This document shows, in pieces, positions 1 to 8,910 of a stretch of 24,000 nucleotides of DNA (the first letter of the stretch is position 1; each line of letters opens with the position of its first letter). The notes under the pieces were generated by a model. It did no database searches and was not told the origin of the DNA. It saw only the letters and a program-made list of their open reading frames with translations. The stretch covers positions 1,744,420 to 1,768,419 of the forward strand of contig NZ_CP016786.1 of the NCBI RefSeq assembly GCF_002285495.1, written 5' to 3'. Origin of the DNA: Clostridium isatidis. GTDB lineage: Bacteria > Bacillota > Clostridia > Clostridiales > Clostridiaceae. A program made the translations under genes and the position numbers.

Positions 1-1283
1 AACCTAGCAAGAGAAGTAACCATTGTTATTGCTCCATTATAATTTTCATTTTCTATCATCCAAACTATAGAATCTAAGGTGTTATATAAAAAGTGCGGAT
101 TTATTTGTGATTGTAGGGCATTAAGCTCGCTTTTTCGCTTTTCTTCCTGCTCTTTTACAATATTATCCATTAAAATATTCATTTGGTTTATCATTAACTT
201 AATAGCTTTAGCTAAATGCTGAACTTCTTGAGAGCCCGTTTCTGAAATGTTTAAATTATCTACACCATTTTCAAATTCTTTAACTGCCTTTTCTAATTCC
301 ATAATTGGATTGGCTATTCTTGAAGAAACATACATATTAATTGATATCAAGGTAAAGATTGCAAAAAGCATTATAAATATTGCAAAAGCTCTAAAATCAC
401 TTGCACCAGATAATATATCTTCTATAGGAGAAACCGAAACTATTTTCCAACCTGTATAGCCTACTGTCTTTATATTTATCATCCTTTTATTTCCCTGGAA
501 ATTTTCTAAATAGTTCCCATCTTCTAATTTTGAATTTTTATTATTTGTTTCCTCAATAAGATTAGTGTATATTAGCTGTTGTCTGGGATGATATATTATT
601 TCCCCATTTCCATCCATTAAATATACATAAGCATTTTGCCCTAAATCAACATTTTTGCATATTTCCTCAATGCCGCTAAAACTCATATCAACTAAAAGAA
701 CACCTCTTTTAGCCTTACCATCTTCAGTTATTTCAACTGCTCTGCTTAAGGAAACAACCCAAGTATATTTATAATTTGGATCATAAAATAAGTTTTGAAC
801 ATGAGGAGTTGAAAAGTGAAGGTTTTCACTTTTTTCTAAAGCATCTTGAAACCATTCATTTTCCCTTGGATCTATATTTTCTTTTAACTGTTGTACTGGA
901 TAGGAAGCTATTATATCTCCATGCTCTGAAAACAAGCTTATGCTGATTAAGAAGTCCTTATTGGCTTCGTAGAGTATATCCATTTCCTTATTAATATTTT
1001 CACTGGATAAATCCTTCTTCTTAATCCCTCTATAGTACATGGTATCAGATATTTTCATCATCTTTCTTAAATAGCTATCTAAATTTAAATTAACTTGATC
1101 TAAAATAGCTTGATTATTTTTTGCAACCATTTCCTCAGTTAAGTTGGAAAATCTTAAATATAAGGCTCCTCCTACTACTATCATTCCAAGTACTGCAACA
1201 ATTGTAAAAGAAACAGATATGATATTATGAATACTTGCTTTTTTATAATAATTAATTATTCTTTCTTGAATTGATTTTAGCAT
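1..1283 (-). CDS. Sensor histidine kinase, dCache-like extracellular domain, HAMP and LytS/YesM-type His_kinase domain; C-terminus truncated by the window edge
   Basis: Reverse-complement translation from ATG at 1283: MLKSIQERIINYYKKASIHNIISVSFTIVAVLGMIVVGGALYL..., second TM near FRAFAIFIMLFAIFTLISINMYVSSRIANPIMELEKAV (HAMP), then SELNALQSQINPHFLYNTLDSIVWMIENENYNGAITMV (H-box). Open to position 1. Absent from the ORF track because it is truncated. Confidence 0.93.
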   Translation of the reverse strand, partial: MLKSIQERIINYYKKASIHNIISVSFTIVAVLGMIVVGGALYLRFSNLTEEMVAKNNQAILDQVNLNLDSYLRKMMKISDTMYYRGIKKKDLSSENINKEMDILYEANKDFLISISLFSEHGDIIASYPVQQLKENIDPRENEWFQDALEKSENLHFSTPHVQNLFYDPNYKYTWVVSLSRAVEITEDGKAKRGVLLVDMSFSGIEEICKNVDLGQNAYVYLMDGNGEIIYHPRQQLIYTNLIEETNNKNSKLEDGNYLENFQGNKRMINIKTVGYTGWKIVSVSPIEDILSGASDFRAFAIFIMLFAIFTLISINMYVSSRIANPIMELEKAVKEFENGVDNLNISETGSQEVQHLAKAIKLMINQMNILMDNIVKEQEEKRKSELNALQSQINPHFLYNTLDSIVWMIENENYNGAITMVTSLAR

Positions 1284-1292
1284 ATTTAATCA

Positions 1293-2891
1293 TCATCTCT
1301 TTCTATATCTTGAAGGAGATATTCCATATTGTTTTTTAAATACATAGCTAAAATAATTAGCCTCTAAGTATCCAACCTTCCTCGCAATAATATATGTTTT
1401 ATCATCTGTTGTATTTAACAGCTTTACCGCCTCTTCAAGCCTTATATTAGTTAAATAACTTACGAAATTCATATCAGTTTCTTTTTTGAAAATAGTTGAA
1501 AAATATGTTGGACTTACATGCAATTCTGAACATAACCTTTCTACAGATATTTCAGGGTCGCTATAATTTTCTTTAATATATGCTTTAGCTTTTTCTATTA
1601 ATATTTTTGAAGAGTTAACTCTATCTTTCTTTATTAACTTATTTATTTTTATAGATTTTTCAATAAACCAACTCTTAATATCATTAATTGAATCTGCTTT
1701 GCTTAAATAAGAATAACAATTAAAATTATCTCCAAAAACTTCATCGAAATTAATATTATAATCTTGCAGCAATCTTAATATAGCTGTCATAATTTCCATA
1801 AGATAAACTCTATACTTATTTAAATCTACTAAATCCTTTTCAACTTTCTTAAATATTCTATTAATAGTTTCTTCTATTTCTTCCTTACTTGAAAGTTTTA
1901 TTGAATTTAATAATGAATTTTCCTCTTGCTCTTCAAATTTTAACTGAATATCATAATTTGGTTCTACGTCATCTATATAAATTGCCTTTCCATTTCCTAA
2001 AATAGGTCTATAACTTAAAGCTGTTTCAGCTGTTTTATATGAATATCTAATATCCATTATATCTTCATATACTCTTCCAATACCTGAAGATATTGTATTT
2101 GCAAAAACACATTGATATACTCTGCTTACTTCATTTAAGCCCTTAAGTAAATTGTTTATTTCTGATTTTTCTTCAAAAGTTGCTAATACTACAATTTTAT
2201 CTGAATAAGGAAAACTAACAAAATCACAATAATTAACAAGTATTTCATCAACCATGTTTTTAATTGAAATTAAAAGTAAACCAATATTGTTTTCCTCTTC
2301 TTCTAGGATTGTGGTTCCATCTATATTTATTAAGGCAACAGCCAGAAATCTTTTTATAAAATTTAATCCCAGCTTCCCAGCATCTTCTTCCCATCTTTCC
2401 TTGCTCATCCTACCTTCTAAAGCTGAAACTAAATATTGTTCTCTTAATACAGGAATACTTTCTAAATAATGTTTTTTTAATATTTCTACATTTCTTTTTT
2501 GATTATATTCCTTATCAAGCTTGTCCTTTAACTTTTTAAGAATTTCTATAATCTCAATTGAATTAATAGGTTTTAAAACATACTCAAAAACATTTATCTT
2601 TATTGCTTTATGAGCATATTCAAGTTCATCTGACCCAGAGAAAATTATTAATTTTGTGGACGGCATTATTTCAGATAATTTCTCCCCCAATTCTAATCCA
2701 TCTAGAAAAGGCATTTTTATATCAGTCATTACTACATCAGGAGCAAGCTTTTCCGCCATTTCCAGGGCTTCTTGTCCATTTTCTGCATCTCCAACTACTT
2801 CAAAACCATATTCTTCCCAATTAACCTTATTAATTACTCCAAGTCTTATTTCTTCTTCATCATCTACAACCATTATTTTATATAGCTTCAT
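1293..2891 (-). CDS. Two-component response regulator, REC domain plus C-terminal AraC-type HTH (YesN-like)
   Basis: REC motifs VVDDEEEIRLG, VVMTDIKMPFLDG, YVLKPI; C-terminal YFSTIFKKETDMNFVSYLTNIRLEEAVKLL...VGYLEANYFSYVFKKQYGISPSRYRK. RBS GGGAGTGG upstream; stop lies 9 bp before the kinase ATG. Confidence 0.96.
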   Translation of the reverse strand: MKLYKIMVVDDEEEIRLGVINKVNWEEYGFEVVGDAENGQEALEMAEKLAPDVVMTDIKMPFLDGLELGEKLSEIMPSTKLIIFSGSDELEYAHKAIKINVFEYVLKPINSIEIIEILKKLKDKLDKEYNQKRNVEILKKHYLESIPVLREQYLVSALEGRMSKERWEEDAGKLGLNFIKRFLAVALINIDGTTILEEEENNIGLLLISIKNMVDEILVNYCDFVSFPYSDKIVVLATFEEKSEINNLLKGLNEVSRVYQCVFANTISSGIGRVYEDIMDIRYSYKTAETALSYRPILGNGKAIYIDDVEPNYDIQLKFEEQEENSLLNSIKLSSKEEIEETINRIFKKVEKDLVDLNKYRVYLMEIMTAILRLLQDYNINFDEVFGDNFNCYSYLSKADSINDIKSWFIEKSIKINKLIKKDRVNSSKILIEKAKAYIKENYSDPEISVERLCSELHVSPTYFSTIFKKETDMNFVSYLTNIRLEEAVKLLNTTDDKTYIIARKVGYLEANYFSYVFKKQYGISPSRYRKR

Positions 2892-3088
2892 ATATAACCA
2901 CTCCCAGATATATTAGCATATACTTTTTATTACTTTATAAACAATGTGCTAATCGATTACATTTGATATTATTTAAATAATTAGAATATTAACATAATTA
3001 TAACACAAACTATAAAGATTGCGAAGAAATCTTTATAATTCACAGTGTGCAGTCTAGCTAATAATTCAGCAAGGCTGAATTATAATAA

Positions 3089-3118
3089 AAAACTCCTAGG
3101 GGCAGCCCTAGGAGTTTT
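3089..3118 (-). terminator. Rho-independent terminator of the mgl operon
   Basis: AAAACTCCTAGGG (3089-3101) / GCAG loop / CCCTAGGAGTTTT (3106-3118), 13-bp perfect stem; on the minus strand it is followed by TTTTTTATTATAA. Confidence 0.92.
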
Positions 3119-3171
3119 ATCCTTAATTGTCCATTGTCAATTCTCAATTGTAATCTGTAAAAGTTTTGCCT

Positions 3172-3348
3172 TTACAATACTATTCCAAAGATTAGTGATA
3201 AAATCATAGCTATAAAAAGTACAACTAAAAATTTATCCATAGTTTCTACAGAAACATCTATATTTCCGTATAAGATACTTCTTATACTTTTTTTCTCTTC
3301 TTTTTTTACTTCTTCAACATTTTTACTTTCTATAATTTTATCTTCCAC
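3172..3348 (-). CDS. Small single-TM protein (58 aa), GTG start, last ORF of the mgl operon; not in the supplied ORF track
   Basis: Translation: (V/M)EDKIIESKNVEEVKKEEKKSIRSILYGNIDVSVETMDKFLVVLFIAMILSLIFGIVL*. AAAGGAATGATAAAAA-GTG gives a plausible RBS; lies 21 bp after the mglC stop and before the operon terminator; charged N-terminus and hydrophobic C-terminal helix. Confidence 0.72.
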   Translation of the reverse strand: MEDKIIESKNVEEVKKEEKKSIRSILYGNIDVSVETMDKFLVVLFIAMILSLIFGIVL

Positions 3349-3369
3349 TTTTTATCATTCCTTTAATTT

Positions 3370-4401
3370 CTATTTCTTAGCTATATACTTTCTTACGTCT
3401 AGTGATACAGCTGTTATTATAATTAAACCTCTTATAATATATTGCCAGTAAGCATTAACACCAACGAAGTTTAAACCGTAGTTGATAACTTGTAATAATA
3501 CAGCACCAATTAATACTCCTGGTATTGTTCCTATACCACCTGAGAAGGAAACTCCACCAACTACGCAGGCAGAAATTGCATCTAGGTCATAGTTAAATCC
3601 TGTATTTGTAGTAGTAGAACCTGCTCTTGCTGCTTCTAAGAAACCAGCTAATCCATAAAGAACTCCAGAAATAATAAATATAATCATTATGTTCTTAACA
3701 ACGTTTACTCCTGAAACAGCTGCTGCTTCTGGATTTCCACCGATTGCAAACATGTTTCTTCCAAGCTTTGTTTTATTCCATACAAACCATATTACTAATG
3801 ATACTATCGCAAGATAGAATACAAGATATGGTATTTCTAAAGCTCCTAATTTTAAGGATCCATTTACAAATTTAGTGTATTTTTCAGCTAAGTTTGCTAT
3901 TGGTTGGGCTCCTAGCGGAGGTCTATCTATATAAAGACAAGATAAACCATAAGCAATAAGTTGAGTACCCAAAGTGATTATAAATGCATGTACCTTTAAT
4001 TTTGCAACACCAAAACCATTAATTGCTCCAAATACTGCTCCTATAGCCATAGCTACTAACATTGGTAATATTAGTGGTAACTCTGGTAAATTAGGATACA
4101 TTCTTGATGCATAAGTTGTTGATTGCAGCAATGATGAGGATATAATTGCTGTAAATCCTAAAATACGTCCTGAAGAAAGATCTGTTCCTTGCAGCACTAT
4201 AAGACCAGCAACTCCAAGAGCCATAATACCACGAGTTGAAGCTTGGCTTAATATATTAGTAAAGTTCTTTAATGATAAAAATCCTGGATCCTTTACTATA
4301 AAAAATATTATCATTATAATTAGAACCATATATAATGCATAATTTAGCAAGAAATCTTTTACTGTATCTTTATTTATTTTTACTTTATTCATAACTTGCA
4401 C
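3370..4401 (-). CDS. mglC: Galactose/methyl-galactoside ABC transporter permease
   Basis: Polytopic membrane protein of the BPD_transp_2 family: LNILSQASTRGIMALGVAGLIVLQGTDLSSGR...INGFGVAKLKVHAFIITLGTQLIAYGLS...ALAVGGVSFSGGIGTIPGVLIG-like region. The M at codon 4 (MNKVKINK) may be the true start. Confidence 0.93.
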   Translation of the reverse strand: MQVMNKVKINKDTVKDFLLNYALYMVLIIMIIFFIVKDPGFLSLKNFTNILSQASTRGIMALGVAGLIVLQGTDLSSGRILGFTAIISSSLLQSTTYASRMYPNLPELPLILPMLVAMAIGAVFGAINGFGVAKLKVHAFIITLGTQLIAYGLSCLYIDRPPLGAQPIANLAEKYTKFVNGSLKLGALEIPYLVFYLAIVSLVIWFVWNKTKLGRNMFAIGGNPEAAAVSGVNVVKNIMIIFIISGVLYGLAGFLEAARAGSTTTNTGFNYDLDAISACVVGGVSFSGGIGTIPGVLIGAVLLQVINYGLNFVGVNAYWQYIIRGLIIITAVSLDVRKYIAKK

Positions 4402-4408
4402 CTCTATT

Positions 4409-5908
4409 CTAAATATATTTTGCTGCCATTGTCATAATATCTTCTTGAGTTAAATCATTAGTTAACCCTTCTCCTGCTAATCTACCATTAGACATTACCA
4501 TTATTCTGTCACAAATACCTAATAACTCTGGCATTTCAGAAGAAACAACTATAATTCCTTTTCCTTTATTAGCTAAATCAATTATTAATTGATAAATTTC
4601 ATATTTAGCACCAACATCTATACCTCTTGTTGGCTCGTCCAATAATAAAATTTCAGGTTCTGTCAGAAGCCATCTTCCTATAATAACCTTTTGTTGGTTT
4701 CCTCCAGATAATGTACTTATTAATGTTTTTTGACTTGGAGTTTTTACCTTCATACTATCGATAACCCATTGAGTATCTTTTGTCATTTTCTTGTCATCTA
4801 ATACTCCAAACTTACTATATCCATCTATATTAGCTAATATAGAGTTAGACTTTATATCTAATTTCCCGAATATTCCTGTTGCTCTACGTTCTTCTGTTAG
4901 AAGAGCAAATCCATTTCTTATTGCCTTTCTTGAATTTGTATTTTCTACCTTTTTACCATGTAAAAGTATTTCGCCCTCACTATGATGAGCTATTCCAAAT
5001 ATAGTTTCTAAAAGCTCTGTTCTCTTTGATCCAACAAGTCCAGCTACTCCTAAAATCTCTCCTTTTCTTAACTTAAAGGATACATCTTTTATAGATGGTT
5101 GATATGTAGCCGTTAAATTCTTAACCTCTAATATGACTTCCCCTGGTTTATTAGTCTTAGCTGGAAATCTATTAGTTAAATCACGTCCAACCATTAACTT
5201 GATTATTTTATCTGTAGTTAATTCTTTTGCAGGTTTTGTATCTACCCACTTACCATCACGCATTACTGTTACTTCATCCGATATTTGAAGAATTTCTTCC
5301 ATCTTATGAGAAATATATATAATTCCGCAGCCTCTTGCTCTTAATTTATTAATAATTCTAAATAAGTGTTTAACTTCTTCTTCTGTTAAAGAAGATGTAG
5401 GTTCATCTAGAACCAATATTTTGGCATTATAGGAAACTGCCTTAGCAATTTCAACCATTTGTCTTTGTGAAACAGAAAGTTTAGCCATTTTTATTTTAGG
5501 ATCTACATCTATTTCTAATTCCTCTAATACTTTCTTAGTTTCTTCATACATTTCTTTATCACTTACAACTCCAGCTTTTCCTGGATACCTACCAAGCCAT
5601 ATATTATCCATAACATTTCTTTGGAGTACTTGGTTTAATTCTTGATGCACCATGGCAACACCATTATCCATGGCTTGTTTTGGATTTGAAAACTTTACTT
5701 TTTTTCCTTCAATATAAATTTCTCCAGCATCTTCAATATAAACTCCAAACAGACATTTCATTAAAGTAGATTTGCCTGCTCCATTTTCCCCCATTAAAGC
5801 ATGTACAGTACCTGGTTTTACTTTTAATTGAACATTATCTAATGCTTTAACTCCTGGAAACTCTTTACTTATACCTATCATTTCTAGAACATATTTATTG
5901 TCTGCCAT
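4409..5908 (-). CDS. mglA: Galactose/methyl-galactoside ABC transporter ATP-binding protein with two ABC domains
   Basis: Walker [17 protein letters not shown]; signature [17 protein letters not shown] and second-domain [40 protein letters not shown]; adjacent to mglC and mglB. Confidence 0.96.
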   Translation of the reverse strand: MADNKYVLEMIGISKEFPGVKALDNVQLKVKPGTVHALMGENGAGKSTLMKCLFGVYIEDAGEIYIEGKKVKFSNPKQAMDNGVAMVHQELNQVLQRNVMDNIWLGRYPGKAGVVSDKEMYEETKKVLEELEIDVDPKIKMAKLSVSQRQMVEIAKAVSYNAKILVLDEPTSSLTEEEVKHLFRIINKLRARGCGIIYISHKMEEILQISDEVTVMRDGKWVDTKPAKELTTDKIIKLMVGRDLTNRFPAKTNKPGEVILEVKNLTATYQPSIKDVSFKLRKGEILGVAGLVGSKRTELLETIFGIAHHSEGEILLHGKKVENTNSRKAIRNGFALLTEERRATGIFGKLDIKSNSILANIDGYSKFGVLDDKKMTKDTQWVIDSMKVKTPSQKTLISTLSGGNQQKVIIGRWLLTEPEILLLDEPTRGIDVGAKYEIYQLIIDLANKGKGIIVVSSEMPELLGICDRIMVMSNGRLAGEGLTNDLTQEDIMTMAAKYI

Positions 5909-5940
5909 ACTTATTTCACCACTTTTCTATTATTTATTAA

Positions 5941-5968
5941 ACTGCATAGTGGTAAACCACTATGCAGT
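5941..5968 (-). promoter_or_regulatory. Intercistronic hairpin between mglB and mglA
   Basis: ACTGCATAGTGG / TAAA / CCACTATGCAGT, 12-bp perfect stem; only a weak T-run follows on the minus strand (TTTAATAAATAATAG). Confidence 0.75.
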
Positions 5969-5986
5969 CTATATTAAGATTTTTTA

Positions 5987-7027
5987 CTATTTTAAATATG
6001 GTTGATAAGGAATACGGATAGCAACTCCTGTATCATCAAACTTGTAAGAAGTACCTTCAGTTGCACCTTTTCCAGCAGCTAAGTTTAATCCAGTTTCATA
6101 TAATGCCTTAGCCATACCTTCAGCATCTTGAAGAACTGATCCTAACATATATCCCTTAGCTATATATTCTTGAGCAGCTGTTGTAGCATCAACTCCAACA
6201 ACTATAATAGATTTTTCGCCAGAGTCAGTATTATATCCTTGTGCTTGTAAAGCTGCAATAGCTCCTAATGCCATACCATCATTGTTAGCAATAACTGCTT
6301 CTATCTTATCTCCATGGTTTGATAACCAAGCTTCCATAGCATTTTGTGCTAATGCTTGATCCCAGTTACATACTTGTTTAGCTAATTCTTCAACTTGCAT
6401 TCCCTTATCCTTTAGAGTTGAAACTGAATATTCAGTTCTAGCAACTGCTTCTGGATTATCAGGTTCACCTTGTAACATTACATATTGAAGAACTCCATCT
6501 CCATTTTTATCAATTTTATCTTTGTTAGCTTCCCATTCAGCTGCTATAATGTCACCTTGCATTATTCCAGCTTCTATAGCATTTGTTCCAACAAAAATAG
6601 CCTTTTCATAAGACTTAACTACTTCTGCAGCTGGTTCTCTGTTAAATAAAACAACTGGTTTTTCAGCTGCCTTTATTTTATCAAGAACAGTTTGTCCAGC
6701 TCCTGTATCAACTAAGTTAACTAATAATAAATCATAATCTTTTTGTAATGCAGTATCTATAGTATCATTTTGTGTAGCTTGGTCACCTTTTCCATCAAAG
6801 AATTCAAATTCAACCTTGCCACTATTTTCATCTTGTATCTTTTGTAATGCTTGACGAACAGTTGAAATATAAGTATCATCAAATTTATATAGGAATACAC
6901 CTACTTTTACTGTATCGTCTGATCCAGCATTTTCTCCTCCTGTTGTTTTTCCGCCACAGCCTACTAATGTAGCTGCAACCATAACAGTGGCTAAAGCCAT
7001 AGCTAATAATTTTTTAACCTTTTTCAT
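5987..7027 (-). CDS. mglB: Galactose/glucose-binding lipoprotein
   Basis: Lipoprotein signal MKKVKKLLAMALATVMVAATLVGC at 7027 with strong RBS AAGGTGGGAG; periplasmic-binding-protein fold motifs (VFLYKFDDTYISTVRQAL; calcium-loop-like DKIDKNGDGVLQYV; VIANNDGMALGAIAAL). The ORF-track start at 7117 is an in-frame upstream extension without support. Confidence 0.93.
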   Translation of the reverse strand: MKKVKKLLAMALATVMVAATLVGCGGKTTGGENAGSDDTVKVGVFLYKFDDTYISTVRQALQKIQDENSGKVEFEFFDGKGDQATQNDTIDTALQKDYDLLLVNLVDTGAGQTVLDKIKAAEKPVVLFNREPAAEVVKSYEKAIFVGTNAIEAGIMQGDIIAAEWEANKDKIDKNGDGVLQYVMLQGEPDNPEAVARTEYSVSTLKDKGMQVEELAKQVCNWDQALAQNAMEAWLSNHGDKIEAVIANNDGMALGAIAALQAQGYNTDSGEKSIIVVGVDATTAAQEYIAKGYMLGSVLQDAEGMAKALYETGLNLAAGKGATEGTSYKFDDTGVAIRIPYQPYLK

Positions 7028-7064
7028 ACTAAACTCCCACCTTTTATTAAACTTTTTAGTTTTA

Positions 7065-7078
7065 TGATTTCGTTTACA
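7065..7078 (-). promoter_or_regulatory. Candidate cre (CcpA) operator in the mglB promoter region
   Basis: Minus strand TGTAAACGAAATCA versus consensus TGWAARCGNTWNCW: 13/14 match; directly downstream of a TATAAT (7085-7090). Confidence 0.5.
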
Positions 7079-7280
7079 TTTATAATTATAAAGTTTTTCA
7101 AAAATAACTCCATACAAAAAACTTAACTAAATTATCAAAATTCTTTGATTTTTCAGAATATATTTTTTAAGAATAATTTGTTAAATTTGTGAAGATAATT
7201 TTAAAATAAAATAGTAATTTATAACATAAAATAATTAAATATGATATAATTATTCCAAACCTACGAAAGGAGTTGTTCTT

Positions 7281-7850
7281 ATGAAAAAAGGATTAAAAAC
7301 TTTACTAATAATAATAGCTGTAATTCTTGTTATAACTCTTCCTATTATATCTAGTTATAACAATTTAGTATCCTTAGAACAAAAGGTTGATCAATCAGCA
7401 TCAAATATTGATACTAATCTTCAAAGAAGATCTGATTTAATACCTAATTTAGTTAATACAGTAAAGGGATATGCAGCTCATGAAGAAGAAATTTTCACAG
7501 ATATCGCTGAAGCTAGAAGTAAGTTAGCAGGTGCAACAAATGTATCTGAACAAGCAGATGCTGATTCAGAATTAAGCAATGCATTATCAAGACTATTAGT
7601 TGTTGTAGAAAAATATCCAGATTTAAAGGCTAATGAAAACTTTATTGCCTTATCAGATGAACTTGCAGGCACAGAAAATAGAATTGCTATTGCAAGACAG
7701 GACTACAATAAAATAGCAACAGAATACAATACTAAAAGAAGAAAATTCCCTACTACTATAATAGCTTCAATTTTTAACTTCGAAGAAAAGCCCCTTTATA
7801 AAGCTGATCAAGGCGCTACCGAAGTTCCAAAAGTAGATTTTGCTGATTAA
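7281..7850 (+). CDS. lemA: LemA family protein
   Basis: N-terminal TM (LLIIIAVILVITLPIIS) followed by YNNLVSLEQKVDQSASNIDTNLQRRSDLIPNLVNTVKGYAAHE, EKYPDLKANENFIALSDELAGTENRIAIARQDYN; RBS AAAGGAG upstream. Confidence 0.95.
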   Translation: MKKGLKTLLIIIAVILVITLPIISSYNNLVSLEQKVDQSASNIDTNLQRRSDLIPNLVNTVKGYAAHEEEIFTDIAEARSKLAGATNVSEQADADSELSNALSRLLVVVEKYPDLKANENFIALSDELAGTENRIAIARQDYNKIATEYNTKRRKFPTTIIASIFNFEEKPLYKADQGATEVPKVDFAD

Positions 7851-7862
7851 AGATGATTTAAT

Positions 7863-8696
7863 ATGAAAAGATTTATTTCAAACATTTATAAATTTATTTT
7901 ATTTGTTTTCTTGGGGGTATTTTCTTTAACTAACATTGTTCATGCTGATACTACTTTTCCAGAACCTACAAATTATAAATATGTTAATGATTATGTAAAT
8001 TTACTTACTATAGATGAAAAAGAACGAATAGTATCTATTGGAAAGGAATTAGAAGATAAGACTGGAGCTCAAGCTACTATTGTTATTATAAACTCTTTAG
8101 ATGATGTTCCAATAGAAGATTATGCTAATAAGTTATTTAGATCCTGGGGAATTGGCAAAGCTGATGAAGATAATGGACTATTAATTTTATTAGCCATTGA
8201 AGATAGAAGCTGGAGAGTTGAAGTTGGCCGCGGCCTTGAAGGCGCCATTACTGATGCAGGCAGCGGAAGAATAATGCGTAACTTAGCAGTACCGGAATTT
8301 CAAAATGATGACTATGGTACTGGTCTATTAAATAGTTATAGTGCTTTATGTGATTTAATAGCAAAAGAATATTCAGTCACCCTAGAAAAATCCTTAAATA
8401 TTGATTTATCAGGTATTGAAGATGAGGATTATGAAGATCTTGAGGCTGGTGATATGATACCTATAGTTATAGTCGGAATTCTAGTAATGCTTGATATATT
8501 CTTTAATAGAGGACGCATTATATCAGCAATATTAAGAGCTATGTTTTGGTCTTCAGGACGTGGACCAAGAGGAGGCGGTTACGGAGGTGGCGGCTATGGC
8601 GGTTTCAGTGGCGGCTCCCACGGAGGCGGTGGTGGCGGCTTCGGCGGCTTTGGCGGCGGATCTTCTGGTGGAGGAGGATCTAGTGGAAAATGGTGA
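7863..8696 (+). CDS. TPM-domain (YgcG-like) membrane protein with Gly-rich C-terminus
   Basis: Signal peptide, then NDYVNLLTIDEKERIVSIGKELEDKTGAQATIVIINSL...IEDYANKLFRSWGIGKADEDNGLLILLAIEDRSWRVEVGRGLEGAITDAGSGRI; C-terminal GGGYGGGGYGGFSGGSHGGGGGGFGG. Common partner of lemA. Confidence 0.93.
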   Translation: MKRFISNIYKFILFVFLGVFSLTNIVHADTTFPEPTNYKYVNDYVNLLTIDEKERIVSIGKELEDKTGAQATIVIINSLDDVPIEDYANKLFRSWGIGKADEDNGLLILLAIEDRSWRVEVGRGLEGAITDAGSGRIMRNLAVPEFQNDDYGTGLLNSYSALCDLIAKEYSVTLEKSLNIDLSGIEDEDYEDLEAGDMIPIVIVGILVMLDIFFNRGRIISAILRAMFWSSGRGPRGGGYGGGGYGGFSGGSHGGGGGGFGGFGGGSSGGGGSSGKW

Positions 8697-8780
8697 TACC
8701 ATTTTCCACAGTTCACAATGCATAATGTTCAATTACGGTAAGTTTTCAGACGAGCTGAAAATCTTAAATAATAATAAAAT

Positions 8781-8810
8781 AAAAGCAGTTTCTTTTATGA
8801 AACTGCTTTT
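8781..8810. terminator. Bidirectional terminator between the convergent TPM-domain and ZIP genes
   Basis: AAAAGCAGTTTC / TTTTAT / GAAACTGCTTTT, 12-bp perfect stem, followed by TTTTCT. Confidence 0.92.
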
Positions 8811-8910
8811 TCTATATATAAATTTAATTTATTGCTAATATATCTGCTTTATTCTCAAATATTTTTTACAAATTCAAAAGACTTTAGCTCTAATTGCCTT
8901 TGGTTTGCTT

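Noticed and set aside
247-2916. Plus-strand ORFs at 247-459, 2254-2469, 2603-2824 and 2656-2916
   Set aside because: Antisense to the histidine kinase/response regulator genes; the sense frames have clear domains.
4791-4985. 64-aa plus-strand ORF inside mglA
   Set aside because: Antisense shadow of mglA.
7091-7124. Inverted repeat AAGTTTTT...AAAAACTT upstream of mglB
   Set aside because: Homopolymer-based stem with an 18-nt loop; expected by chance in this AT-rich intergenic region.
7478-7672. 64-aa minus-strand ORF inside lemA
   Set aside because: Antisense to lemA, Ser/Ala-rich shadow ORF.
8560-8838. 92-aa plus-strand ORF overlapping the TPM-domain gene
   Set aside because: Frame-shifted reading of the GGN-rich tail (Ala/Val-rich product); overlaps a strong CDS and runs through the terminator.
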